Shown: one piece after another, positions 47,156-59,867 of the stretch
Position numbering within the stretch: the first letter of the stretch is position 1
Layout: every line of letters begins with the position of its first letter
Source of the DNA: Guillardia theta CCMP2712
Lineage: Eukaryota; Protista; Cryptophyta
Length of the DNA stretch: 64,000 bases
Direction: 5' to 3'
NCBI RefSeq assembly: GCF_000315625.1
Contig: NW_005434667.1
Span: 1,107,061-1,171,060 of the forward strand
Position numbers and translations under genes: made by a program
Notes under the pieces: generated by a model
The model's input: only the letters and a program-made list of their open reading frames with translations
What the model was told of the DNA's origin: nothing
Database searches by the model: none

Positions 47156-50100
47156 AGAGAGAGAGAATGTTCGGAAAGGAGGAGAAAAAAGTGACGGAGG
47201 TGGAGGAGATGAGGGAGGAACAACCTGCCATTCGAGGTGTCGAGGCCTCTCTGAACTTCTCTCTGCCAGCTGCTCTGGTGTGAGCGTTTCTTCCGGGAGC
47301 GCACGGAGGATGTAGCTGCGCAACGACAGACGGGATATCTCCTTCTCTCCCCTGCTGATCCTCAACAAGTCTTTGAGGGCCTTTCTTGCGCAGAACTCGG
47401 ACGCAGCGTGATCTTGAGCAGCGAAGTACATCAAACTCTTGCATCCTTCATAGACGATGGTGTAGTCGTCTGTGTATCCTTGAGCGATCGTTTCCAGGAG
47501 GTAGTCAAGCACGTTGTCTTGCATGAGACTCTTCTTCACCTCCATCAGCTCCCTCCCCTCGAAGTTCTTGATGAACATCCCGATGGCAGCGCAGGCAAGA
47601 TTCTCAACCGTCTTGCCGACGTCGCTCTCTCGTATCTTGATCAGATCTCGAGCGATGTGCTCCTTCACCAGGTACTTCATCTGGTCAGCAAGGTGAGACA
47701 GCGCCGCGATGATCATCATGCTGTTGGTGATGACGAGAGCCTCTTGCCGCCTCACGAGGATCAGCAGCGCGTCCAGCAGCCCCAGGTCGCAGACTTTGAC
47801 CGCATGCTCGTCTCTCACGCACATGTAGAAGATGCAATTCAGAGCCCTGCCCACCACGTCCTCTCTCTGCGCAAAACTCGCCAGGTCAACCAGCGTGACC
47901 GGCAGGATCGGATGGTTCAAGACAACTTGTAGCAGCTTCGGCTCGTGGCAGAGGAACTTCGAAAGGACTTGCATTGCAGCTGACTGCAGCTCGTCATGCC
48001 TTGCTCCGATCATCTTGACGATGTACTCGAGTGCGTTATCCTGGATGAGCTTCTGCCTCCTCTCTGGGATCTCAGCGAGAGTCCAGAGGACTCGAGCAGC
48101 AATGCTCTGGATCCTAATGTCATCGACGAGGAGGAGCTCGAGAAAGGCTCCTGTCATGGAGGAGATGGAATCCTCTGCCAGGACGATCTCGGAGACGATG
48201 GGGTCGGACAGCATGTTGGACAGCAGCTGACACCCCGAGCTCTTGACTCGAGAGTTGGATGAGGCAACCATGTTGCCAATCACTGCCAGACCTCCGATGG
48301 AAATGAGATGCATCTGAGCCGCAGAGTCGTTCTCGCACCATCTTCCCAGCGCTTCACAGGAGGCAGCCTGAGCGAGGAAGGATGAGAATCATGTCAGACT
48401 TCAAGGCTCTTTTACCTCCACATGCACACTCTCCGAGTGCAGGACGCTGTCGAGAAGGACATGCATGAAGTTGCGATGCGTCAATGCTGCCTTGCCCTCT
48501 GCCGAGTAGAATGCAAGGTTACCCACGAGGATGAAGCTCAGCCTCTGAAGGTCCTCGTTTGGCAACCTAGAGAGGATGGGTCAGTAGGGTCTCACAAGTC
48601 TGGATGACGCCATACTGGGTGAAGGAGGAGATTCTGTCCCAGATCTCGTCGTAGGTTGCGATCTCCTCTGCCTTGACTGGGTTGCAGCTCAAGTCCCGCA
48701 GCTCGGTGAGGCTCGCCATTGCTCGTTCAGGGTGAGAGAGGTCGACGATCTACCTCGCTGTTGTCAACGGGGCAGGAAGAAGACGTGAAGTACCAGGCCT
48801 GCGACACTTGAGTGCGTGGAGAAGGAGAAGCTGTGGACGGTGCTCGACGCTCTCCTCCATTTCAACAGCCATGCGATTTCAAACTTGCCGGCAAGATATT
48901 TCCCGATCTCATCCACGTGATCTCTGCAGCATAAGTGAGGAAATCAGAAGCAATGACGAAGAAGAGCTCACTTGCTCAGTGCAGCTCGGTACGCAATCAA
49001 TTCCGCCAGGTTTCCATCAAAGAAGTGATGCCTTTTATGCTCTGAAAGGATGCCCTCTACCTCCACCACGCTCCTCCCAAGATATATCTGATCGATAGAG
49101 AGATCTATGGCCTCGTTCTCTTGGCTCCTGACAGAAGAGTTCCTTGAGGACATTCTGCTCTTCATTCTCTGCTTGATCGGGTCGTTCTTGTCGTCTACCT
49201 CTGTTACCAGAGTCCCAGGAGCGATAGCATCGCACTCGTCACCGTTGATCCACCATCTGACTCCCGTCTTTTCCTTCCTCACAGCAATGATCTGCGTCCT
49301 TTCCATGTCCACGTTGAGAGGAGACTGCCTAGCGACGTTCCCGAACAGCAGGGTGTAACATGATTGCCCTTCTTTGAGGTCAGCGCTGATTTCAATCCTG
49401 AACTTGTTGCTGGTATCGATGGCAGCCTGTCAGAAAGGTCAACTTGCAGAAGCGTGCAAGGAGAATCATTCACTAGCAGAGGCCAGGGCGCCGATCCCTC
49501 AGTGCATCGAGACAGGACGACCACGAAGATTGTGAAAGAGGAGTCTCGGATATCACCTGGTTGCGTATTACATGTGCTCCCTCTACCCCTTTCACTCCTT
49601 TGGTTACCACTCAGCATGTCAAAGAACATGCTGTTGCCAGCCAGGCATAAGAACTGGCTCTTGCCATCGAAGCTTATCACAGGATGGATTCCTGTGTGCC
49701 ATGGAATGAGTTGAGTGAAGAGAGTGGAAGAGGTTCAGCTTTGCTATGGGGTAAGATTGTCACCAGCTCGATTTCTGTGAAAGGTGGGCCTCAACTCAGC
49801 GATTTCTTGAGACGCGCGCTCAGGGCGAGCAGCAGGGATAGGTGTGACTGGCGGATGCCATCCGGTCCTCCACGGTCGTGCTGTGCAGTAACAATTCAGA
49901 GCAGTTTGACGGCTGAGATCATAACGCACCCTCGTCTTCGATCGCCTCTACTCGACCCTTCTCTTGCTGTCCCCTCCTTTCAAGCTGTAACCCCAGCGTC
50001 ACCATTCCTGCCCGCATGAACTCGGAAATTTCATTCGCGACCTGCTCGAGATTGAACCAGAGCGCCAGAGATGGCTCGTTCCTCCATGGAAGGGGCTTGG

Positions 50101-50267
50101 ATCTTACAGGCTGCGGAAGATGAGCATCCGACGATGATTGAGAGTCGAGCTACCTCCTTGTACGCTAACAATGGCCTTGAAGGGAGAAAAGTGAAGGGGC
50201 CTGGACGCCTCCTGTTTTTCGGTCACTAAATGAGTTTTCAGTGCTTGCCCGGGCCGCTTAGTGGCAT
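46288..50267 (-). CDS. Armadillo/HEAT-repeat protein, multi-exon
   Basis: ARM-like helices (LISIGGLAVI, AARVLWTLA, LIQDNALEYIV, VCDLGLLDALL, ERGGLSAVI); acidic tail; start uncertain. Confidence 0.75.
47058..47167. repeat. Intronic (GA)n microsatellite
   Basis: Direct observation. Confidence 0.9.
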
Positions 50268-50491
50268 ACCACCCTTGCTTCTCCTCTCTCTGTCTCTGCT
50301 CTCTCCCTCCTCTCTCTGTCTCGCTCGGACCTGCGTGTCGTCATCCGGCCATGGCTTCAGTATGAAAGATGTTCAACGGTTGTGAGATCCAAAAAAAAAC
50401 ATCATGGCACCGGTGTATGAGGGCGATGAAACAAAACGAGGGCGATGAGTATGTCGGGTGGGGGATGAGGGCGTGTGCGCGAAAGGGCAGC

Positions 50492-52304
50492 ATGGCGAGG
50501 GGGAGGGTGATGGTGGTGATGGCTGCCGCCGCTGCCTGCTGCATCGCCATGTCCTTGTACTTTAAGGTGACATAGAAGATGTTCTGACTGCATGTTGACT
50601 CTGACTTGTTGATGGCAGGGCGAGGGAAACGAGCTGGTGGAGTCCGACTTGCACGTTTACCCAGTGGATGCCAAGGCTGTAAGGCAATATTTGAGCCACC
50701 AGCAGGATAGTTCTCTTCATAGCAAACAGGCGAAAGTGAGAGCATCTCACGCAATGCTCAAATCACAAAGAAAATCTCGAGCAAGGAATGCAGTACCCCG
50801 CGACCGATTGCGAATCGTGCCCAGGAGGCAGTCGCAGATGTTGTCGGATGACGTGGATGCGCTTGATGGTAGTCAAGGTGTCGTCCATGCTGAGCCATTG
50901 GAAGATCCCACCACTCAACCTGAGAATGTCTACACTGTTGCCGGTACGTCATTCCCGACCAACCTCAACCTCGTTGCTCCTACTCAGTACGCAGCGTCAT
51001 CGGGGAGTGAAGAGAGCCCAGCCAACACTGAGAGTGAGGAGGCGGCTCCTGCTTCAGACGACTCCAGAGGCAGCAGTGAAAGGCCATGCACGGGTCCAGT
51101 TCGACATACCGATACAGACGATTGCGTGGCGAAGAAAGCCATGGCGCAGGCATTGCAGGCCGAGAAAGATGTCATGTCTGTAGACAGCAACATCGACACG
51201 ACATCCAAGCACATTTCATCTGTGGAGCAGTGGGAAGAAGATGAACATGATACGATCAAGAAAGATTTGACAAGGAAGTTCCATGCTTTGGATCGTCTTC
51301 TCAGGAAGCAAGACCGATTGCTGGACACAACAGATAGGCGAATCACGAACGGGGACCAGATTGCATCATCAAAGATCAAGCTGTTCAAGAACGATGAGAT
51401 TCAGCATGTAGAATCGATCATCAACAGGGCAGAAAAACTAGAAAGCGAGGTAAGCCGTGTCTTGCCGTTACTCTCCTGTGGGATCATAACTGTGGGTCAT
51501 AACTTGTGTGTGGCAGGGTAAATTGATCTCACAAATGCGAGGTCCTCCCGGCTTTCCAGGGCCTCCAGGGCCCCGTGGCGCTCAGGGCGCTCAGGGTATA
51601 CAGGGGCCGCGCGGACCTCCCGGGGATGAAGGCACTCCTGGAGAAGTGGGAAGACGAGGTTAGCCCAGCGACTGTACCTCTTTCTTTGTTCATGGGCCCT
51701 GACTCTGACGCTGACTCTGACTCTGACTCTGACTCTGACGCTGACTCTGACTCTGACTCTGACGCTGACTCTGACTCTGACTCTGACTCTGACTCTGACT
51801 CTGACTCTCACTCTGACTCTGACGCTGACTCTGACTCTGACTCTGACTCTGACTCTGACTCTGACTCTGACTCTGACGCTGACTCTGACTCTGACTCTGA
51901 CGCTGACTCTGACTCTGACTCTGACTCTCACTCTCACTCTCACTCTGACTCTGACTCTGACTCTGACTCTGACTCTGACTCTGACTCTGACTCTGACTCT
52001 GACTCTGACGCTGACGCTGACGCTGACGCTGACGCTGACTCTCGTCCTCTCCTCACTCCTGTCGTGCAGGTCGAGGTGGAAGCCCAGGGCTGGAGGGAAG
52101 AAGAGGACCGGCAGGACACTACGCGCATCTGCGGGTGATCGGCGACAATTCCAATCAGGTCCAGTGTTGATTGCGTGGTGAATGGTCGGCTGACAAGGAT
52201 GGCAGGGAGAACGTGAGCAGCAATCTTACGAGAAGTTCAAGCGAAGCCTGGACATTATGAATAGCATTATTGATAGGTTGAAATCTGCTTCACAAAACAA
52301 ATAA
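50492..52304 (+). CDS. Signal-anchored coiled-coil protein with short collagen (Gly-X-Y) domain
   Basis: N-terminal hydrophobic helix; spliced [39 protein letters not shown]|[17 protein letters not shown]. Confidence 0.75.
51700..52041. repeat. Intronic (GACTCT/GACGCT/CACTCT)n hexamer repeat
   Basis: Direct observation; lies between donor gttagc (~51659) and acceptor gtgcag (~52069). Confidence 0.9.
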
Positions 52305-52656
52305 CATCTTTATTGAACGAATCCATCTGCTCCTTGTTGGATACAGCTGTGAGACCAAACGCGCAGTCGATGAACAGAGACATAGTAGACAGAATCTCTG
52401 AACCCTTGACCACGCGCTATTCTCAGCCAGTCTTGTCGTCTTTATTTAATGCCTTGTAACTTAAGAAGCAAAAGTGCGACTATCTGACCACTCTCCTCGT
52501 TCCTCCCATCCCTGTCTTGTCTTGATCTTCTGCATCCTCTTCTTCTCCCCTCGCACTTGGCTCAACCAGAGAACTGGAGGTTGTTTGGCGGGTCCATGGT
52601 GAAACCAAAAAAAAATTCAAGATTAGTCACAGGGCTCATCAAGGGGCGAAATAGAA

Positions 52657-54256
52657 ATGCAGGAGCTGGTGGGGCGGCGGCATCAGGCCATCGAGCCCAC
52701 CCTGTCGGTAGACCACGACATGGAGCATGACGAGGACCAGCTGAGGTCGATCTCCGACCTCTCCGAGGACACCAGCGGCTTCTGCTCTCCCAGCGCGAGC
52801 AACTTGACTGCCCCTAGCCCCTCCTCCTTCAAAGTTCGCGCAGCCGAGAGTTTCTGCACCTGCCACTTCCTCCCGGTCAACGAGCTGTTGGGCAAGCACA
52901 CGGTCGAGCAAGGGGATGGAGTCGTCCTGGAGGGTGAGTGGATGAATGGCAAGATGAATGGCAAGGGTACTTTGCAGAGCGACAAACTAGGGTCATACGC
53001 AGGGGATTGGTCGGATGGTATGATCCATGGCAGGGGAACATTCTACTTCCTTGATGGGCAAATCTTCGAGGTACTTGAGATTGAATGATGCAGGTCTTGT
53101 TTCTGGGAAGATCCTGACGCTGATGTCTCCTACCTCTCTCTCAGGGACTCTTTGTTCATGGAAACCCAACCAACGGAGTGATGAAGAGGTTCGAGATACG
53201 TCAAGAGCGGAGCTAGTTTTTGACGACAGCTTGCAAGCAGAGTCGATGGTTCCAAGGATCTGGTCAAGTTCGACGGGACCAAGTCAATCTTCGATCCTCA
53301 CTTGCAGGGCCTCAGCGACACCTCAGACCCTCGGCCAGGTCCGGCAATGGAGCGGCCGCGTGAAGGAGAAGCGAAGTCTTCCCCAGCCATCATGGTCCCT
53401 CCTCTGCGATTGCCGACTGAGAAAGCAGAGACAAGGTTCCCCATGCGCTGCAGTTGCCATGGCAGGAGCGTGCAGGAGATTGTCGGGAAGCACACAGTGG
53501 AGGCCTCGGACGGTCGATTCTACCTCGGAGAATGGCAGGACGGGTTGTGGCATGGCAAGGGCAAGTGGGAGCACCCGACCATCGGGTCGTACATCGGTGA
53601 GTGGCATGCGGGAGTGTTTCATGGGAGGGGCAAGTTCTGCTGGTACGACGGGTCGAAGAGAGACAAGTCAGTCTTCACGTCGCTGACGGTGAGTCAACAG
53701 CATGACATGCCTGTTCTCATCGCTGCTCGTCGCAGGGAGAGTTTGTCATGGGCTGCCCACTGCACGGGATCTTAGAGAAGGAGGATGGCACAAAGTGTCA
53801 TGTGTACTTCGACGGGAAGACTTCGATCCTTGACAAATCGCTTGCGCCCGTGACGATGTACTCGATCAAGTCGACGACCTGCAAATGTCATGGGATGTCA
53901 TTCGAAGGCCTGGAAGGGCATCATGTTGTAGAAGAGGCAGATGGAAGGAGGTACGATGGTCATTGGAGGCATGGAATGTGGCATGGGAATGGCACCCTCA
54001 ACAACCCGGTAACAGCTTCTTACTCTTCTGACTTTGATGGTTCTGTTAGATCATCGGTTGTTATGAAGGTGGATTCTACTTGGGTTCATTCCATGGGCAA
54101 GGGAGATTGGAGCTCAAGAATGGCAAGGTGAGGAGATTCGAGAGGATTCCTGTTGATTTCCTCACTGACTGAGCCTGGCAGATTTACGAGGGGGGTTTCG
54201 ACCATGGAAGATTTACTGGTGGAGGCGATCAAGCTCTTCTCACGTCATTCACATGA
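52657..54256 (+). CDS. MORN-repeat protein, multi-exon
   Basis: LEGEWMNGKMNGKG, YAGDWSDGMIHGRG, YLGEWQDGLWHGKG, YIGEWHAGVFHGRG, YDGHWRHGMWHGNG, YEGGFDHG. Confidence 0.85.
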
Positions 54257-54385
54257 GAGCTAGTTTGCTGGGGGAGTCCTGACCCTACCCGAACCATTAC
54301 GATAAGAATCCTAGGGATTTTATATTTCTTGTGACTCCGAGAAGTCATGTCGTCAACAGGTGTTTGCCTCTACTATTGCGAGAGA

Positions 54386-54811
54386 TCAGCTCATCCGCAC
54401 TGCTGCGAGCTTCTTCTTCGGCTTCTTTGCATTCCCTGCCTCCCACCCCTCAATGTCAATGTCTTCGTCCATACTCAGACTCATCTTCAGCGCAGAGGCC
54501 TTCGGGGTGACATCGATCTTCTTAGGAGGCTGATAGTTGGGTTGTAGTCCCAGCTGACCGAAGAAGTCTGGTTCCTCCCTCGTTTCCTTTTGCTCCATGG
54601 GCGCCATCCCATCGAAGTCTTCCAACCTCTGCAATACAGGAGGCGGCCCGGTGTTGGTGGGTTTACTGTCCCAGTCGTCGAAATGATCCCAATGAGCCCC
54701 TGCTTCAAGAGACTCCAGCGACGAGTCTCTAGGCGTGCTGTCGCTCTTCTTGGCTGCGTTGATCTTCCTCGGACAAGGGAGGCATTCAAGAGCTTTCTTC
54801 AGTGCCCACAT
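54386..54811 (-). CDS. Small hypothetical protein, weakly EBAG9/RCAS1-like
   Basis: Single-exon ORF with WDHFDDWD, EPDFFGQL..P, and acidic EGWE motifs; similarity from memory only. Confidence 0.5.
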   Translation of the reverse strand: MWALKKALECLPCPRKINAAKKSDSTPRDSSLESLEAGAHWDHFDDWDSKPTNTGPPPVLQRLEDFDGMAPMEQKETREEPDFFGQLGLQPNYQPPKKIDVTPKASALKMSLSMDEDIDIEGWEAGNAKKPKKKLAAVRMS

Positions 54812-55069
54812 GCCGTTCTTCCCCTCTTCTCCTACAGTCGCTCGTCCTTCCTCTTCCTCTTCCTCTTCCTCTTCCTCTTCCTCTTCCTCCCTGCTCTTCT
54901 TGTCCACTTTCCCTCCTGTTTTCTATGTGCGCGTGTTTCCTCGCATAAAAGAATCGCCAACCCAGCTGTCGAACGTTACGGATGCGTTACACATCGAAAA
55001 CCTGGATGCGAATCCGAAATGCGTCAGTGGCTGGGGACGAGCGAAATGATGCGATAGGCGAGGGAGGGA

Positions 55070-55122
55070 GAGGAGGAGGAGGAGGAGGAGGAGGAGGAGG
55101 AGGAGGAGGAGGAGGAGGAGGA
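55070..55122. repeat. (GAG)n microsatellite
   Basis: Direct observation. Confidence 0.9.
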
Positions 55123-55251
55123 GACGGGGTGGGGGTGGGGGTGGAGGGGGAGAGAGAGAAGGTGAGGAGAAGGAGGAGAAGAGTAAAGGCGGTTGTGAAG
55201 CCAGCAAGTTGGTCGTGAGCAAGGAATAAAGGTGCAGAACAGGCGGCGAAT

Positions 55252-58246
55252 ATGATAAGTGCCAACAAGCCAGAACACAGACCCCTGTCCGAGCGGATCA
55301 TTGACGATGATCAGCTCCGCTACGACCTGATGCAAGTGAGAGAGAGGATAGAAGACCTGAAACGCACTAGGATGGAGATAAGGAGAAGGCAGGTGCTCCA
55401 GCAGAACAAGATTGCAGGTGACTACCTATTGGAATCATTTTCCTGTCCGCATGTCGATCTTCCTCCTTCACCTCATTCTTCTCTTTCATTCTTCTATCTT
55501 CCCTGTTCTCCTTGAATCGCTTCTCATCTGCCCCTCGGACATCACCTTCTTACCGCATCTCTTATGCAGATTTCACCGATTGGCTCGACGTCTCGCAGCT
55601 CAAGGATGTCCGAAGATCTGCTTCAGAACTTCTCAGCATGGCAGGTCGTCAAATACAAGTGAGCTCCGAAGAACTAGAGCAGATAGAAGCGAGCATCGCC
55701 CAGGAAGAGCGCTCGTTCGCCATGCTGGAGTCACGGGTGAAGGACACAGAGGCGCAGCTGAAGCCGTCTGAGGTCTTGCTCGTCACTTCCATCACCCCGC
55801 CACTGAGCTGGAAACTTGACAAGACTCTCGTCGAGAAAGTCGACGAGCCTTCCACAGAGCAGCTGGAGGAGGAGGAGGAGGAGGAGGAGGAGGAGATCGA
55901 GGAAAGACATGCAGGGCATGATGACGCATTATCGACGGACGTATACCGCTACATGCTCTCCTGTCCGGAGGCTGTGTGCTTGTCAGGAGAAGGAAGCATC
56001 ATAGTTCTGGATAGTGCCAAGAGCAGTGTGTTCAAAGTTTCGTCATCAGATAAGGTCGAGATCTTAGCCGGCATCGGGATGTCGGGTTACAGCGACGGGA
56101 GCACATCCCAAGGCTCAAGCAAGCATGACGCGCCCGACCACGTTCCTGCTGCATTCAGTCACCCGCGGGGAATGAGCATCGATGAGAGTGGAAACATCTT
56201 TGTGTGCGATACTGGCAACCACTGTATCCGAGGCATCTCCGTTCATGGAAGGATCACAACGATGGCCGGGACTGCGCAGTCTCCCGGGAGTGCCGACGGG
56301 CCAGCCCTGAGCTCCTCGTTCAACCAGCCATGGTGCTGTGTGAGTGGCAGGTTTCATGAAGAGGATTGTTTGTACATCTGCGATTCAGGGAACGACTCGA
56401 TCAGATGTCTGCATGCTGATGAAGGCGGGGCCATGGTCAAGACGATCGTTGGATCTACGTCACAGCAACACAACAGAAACAAGTTGAAGTTTCCCTGGAG
56501 TATTGCGTATGTTGACAACCTCTTATATGTCGGAGACAAGTACAACTATCGATTGGTTGAGCTGAGCCCGGAGAAAGGAGAGATTCTCAGGTGGAAAGCT
56601 GCCATACTGCTGGGCTTAACGTAACTCTTTGTCAGGAGCATCTCCGATCTTTGGCCGTCGAGCTTGCGATTTGCCCCGAGAGGGATAGCGATCAGTGACG
56701 ACGGCAACATGTATCTGACAGACTCTTGGAATTGTAAGGTATCCATGGCGGTCCGAGCTCCTCCCTGTTCTTGACTTCCACAAGGTGTGGAGGTGGAAGG
56801 TGGACGGGACGGAGGCCCTTCAAGAGGTGAGAACGGGTCTTGCATGTCTTGTGGAGCTGAAGTTCAAGTCTCAAGGTCGCGGGCTCTGGGATTCGCTCCC
56901 ACCGGGACGGTAGAGGAGAGTTCGCTCAGTTTCTTTATCCCTCCGGAATCGCGGTAGGAAAGTAACAAGATGCAAGTAAATCTCTCACGGGAGACAGGTC
57001 GAGTCTGCTAGCTCTGTGGTGGTTTGCGATACAGGCAATCAGTGTTTGAGAAGATGCAAGTGAGATCGCACTGATGTTGGCTACATGGGTGTTCTCATAG
57101 CTGCTCGCAGAATGTTGCGCGATGATGAAGTGAAGGAGAAGATGAAGAAACTGGTTCAGAGCATCAACACGAGGAACATCCGTCAGGTCCTTGAACTCTT
57201 TCAAAGCTCTCGTTGCTTAGTGGCATCACAAATTATTCAGGCCATCATCACATGGGCAGTAGCCAGTCAAACGGATTCGACAACGTGGCAGCCGTTCGAT
57301 GTAGTGCTTTCCCTTGCACTGGGATCTATTGGTTCGGATTCGTCGGAGTGTCCACTGAAAGTCTTTGAGGACAGGAGCCCTGATCTGCGTGCGATGGTGA
57401 CAATCAGATATGATGTGAATGGTTCTGCATGTGAAGGTCCAGTAGGTTGAAACCATTGCTCGGGTCCTGCAGTGGAGGGTTGTGAAGAGCAGATCACAGG
57501 CTGAGTTTGAGGTGCGCAGATTTTACTGCCAGTCTTGAAACGCTGATGCCCTGTATTCATATTCATAGAATTCGCTGGAAATGTCAGATGAGGAGAGAAG
57601 AGCGAAGATCGTCGAGGCGAAGCAGATCTTTGACACGTACGACCAGGACGGTGGTGGGAGCATTGATGCTCAGGAGTTGGTAGAAGCTTGCTGTTTGTCG
57701 CCATTCACTCATAGACATCATTGTAGAAAGAAGCTCTGGCGGCTGCGGACGTCGAGATGAGCGAGGAGGAAGTGGCTTCTCTTCTTGAGGAGTACGATGA
57801 GGATGGCTCGGGAACAATCTCGTTTGAAGAGTTCTGTCAGATGCAGGTCAGGATCTGTTGACCTCCCGCAGCTCCGTTGGTTGATGCTCGTGCAGGGCCT
57901 GAGTCTCACTGACACGGAGAGGGAGGAGTTTCTACCCTCGAGCAGTGACGATGCTACTGGGGTAGACTCCGATCACTCCGAGCTTCCTGACACTGCAGCA
58001 CAATCTCGCAACAGGCAGGAGGAGATAGCGCCTTCAGAGGAGAATTCGGAGAAGCAGGGAGCAGAACAGAAAGCTGCAGGCAGTAGGAAATCTTCAGAGC
58101 AGCGAGTTGATGAGAACAAGTCGAAGAAGTCTGTCCCAGCAGCGGACCAGTGAAATCAGCTGTCGCAGACTCTTCTCGTACCTCCAAACCTTCAGCAGCA
58201 TCTTCAGATAAACTAGCCAGCCAGACTCAAACTCGAAAGAAATGAT
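55252..58246 (+). CDS. NHL-repeat (beta-propeller) protein with C-terminal EF-hand pair, multi-exon
   Basis: FSHPRGMSIDESGNIFVCDTGNHCIR, FNQPW..LYICDSGNDSIR, FAPRGIAISDDGNMYLTDS; EF hands FDTYDQDGGGSIDAQEL and YDEDGSGTISFEEF. Confidence 0.75.
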
Positions 58247-58626
58247 AGGTAGTTCATGAGGATCGTAATGTTATAGTTGTTGTTGTATATCTACAGGTAG
58301 CTGATGAAATGGAAAAACTCATATGAGCTCGTTCAGACTCTCTAAGCCGATGGGATCCTTCCTTGACATGGCTCTGGCGGCCATGATATAATCTCTTGGA
58401 GAAGGAGCAAGTACCACATGCCTGTTATTGTAGTTTCAAACACAAGTGTACAAAGATATGTTCTACAAGTGCTCAAAAGATGCTCACCTGTGGATGATCC
58501 CACGAGATAGTTTGGTGTACATCCCCAGCACTATCGAGCAGCCCGGCTTGCCTCGGAGCAACTTTTGAACTTTTCCTGGGTGCATTCCATGCACATCCTT
58601 TCCATCCACCGTGACAAGGATGTCGC

Positions 58627-59247
58627 CTACCCCACAGACAGCCTGTCGCTGTAAGAAGAACGATCAGAGGCAGGCGGGTCAAAGAAAAGCACATGGCGCA
58701 CATCGCAGCATCCATACGGCTCCACCTTGGAGATTCTCAGGCAGCCACTGGAATGTTTGACCCCGTTATACTCAAAGTCTTCAACTGATCCCTCCAGCTC
58801 TATCCCACAGTCTATTTCATCCTCTCCCCGAAGAGAATCAGCAAACTTCTCGACTTGAGCTTGAGCAGCCTTCTGCTTGACATCGGAATCTTTGCCATCA
58901 GGCTGCTGATGAGTTTTCAGACCACTCTCCAAGTCTGCATTTGACCGCAGGATAGCAACTTCTTCTTCTTGTTTCGATGCTATCTCTTCATATTCGTCTG
59001 TGAAACAGCAAATATAATTGTAGATCACTTTCATGCAGACTACGAAGACAAGCGCCAAGAATAGGATACTTCCTACAATGACAGCAAGGTTCTTCCATGT
59101 GTTCCCTCCTGCTTCGTTCATGTGTTGCTGGCTTGCACGGAGAACAAGAAGGGCACTGCCAAGGAAGAGGAGAAGGAGGAGAGTAGCGACCAAGTCTTGC
59201 TTCCCTGCATTGAAGATCGGCAACCTTCCTCCCCGCGCCCCCACCAT
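58627..59247 (-). CDS. Hypothetical protein with two TM helices; probably spliced further 3'
   Basis: Two hydrophobic segments followed by an acidic/coiled region. Confidence 0.55.
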   Translation of the reverse strand: MVGARGGRLPIFNAGKQDLVATLLLLLFLGSALLVLRASQQHMNEAGGNTWKNLAVIVGSILFLALVFVVCMKVIYNYICCFTDEYEEIASKQEEEVAILRSNADLESGLKTHQQPDGKDSDVKQKAAQAQVEKFADSLRGEDEIDCGIELEGSVEDFEYNGVKHSSGCLRISKVEPYGCCDVRHVLFFDPPASDRSSYSDRLSVG

Positions 59248-59340
59248 AGCGCCGCAGGCTCCAGAAATAGAACAAGGTCACCGGTACGGCACAGCCAGCC
59301 TGGCCGCCGGGCGGCTGCCGGGCCGTCACACTGTGTCCTC

Positions 59341-59867
59341 GTACTGATCTTTAACTTAACTTTGAGTAAAGGCCGCGCCTGGGTCGACCCGGGCCGCCGC
59401 CGCTGTAGGCTGTCAACACAGTCTATCCGAGGCCCCCGCTCCCGGGAGTCCGGGCCGCCGCCGCGGCTGAGTCACTACTAGGCTACCCGGTACGGAAGGC
59501 TCCGAGTCGGTGTCAACGGTCTACAGTGTGCATAGTACAAGTCTAACAAACTTGTAGCACTGTGACTCAGTAGTGAGTCGGAGGTGCGGCTCTTTAGCGG
59601 CTAGTCACGGCGGGTCACCGGCAGGCGCACTGGCCGGGGCCCGTGGGCCGGGGCCGGCGGCACCGTGGCACTGTGACGGGCTTAACTTTGAGTAAAGAAA
59701 ACGGGGCGCTTGAAGCGGCCCGGCAGCCTTTTTATCAAGTTGAGTGAAATATCAAGTAACTTTTAGTAGTCACCAGGGTCGGACCGTCCGATGGGACCTC
59801 AGCCGCAAGCATTATGGCATGCAGGGACACAGGACTCTTTACTCAAAGTTAAGTTAAAGATCAGTAC
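59341..59867. mobile_element. MITE-like element with perfect 31-bp terminal inverted repeats
   Basis: gtactgatctttaacttaactttgagtaaag (59341-59371) and its exact reverse complement (59837-59867); no coding capacity. Confidence 0.6.

Noticed and set aside
51575-52138. Ser-Asp (SD) repeat ORF resembling staphylococcal Sdr adhesins, and the antisense RV-repeat ORF
   Set aside because: The repeat lies in an intron that splits an in-frame collagen Gly-X-Y run; there are no adhesin domains
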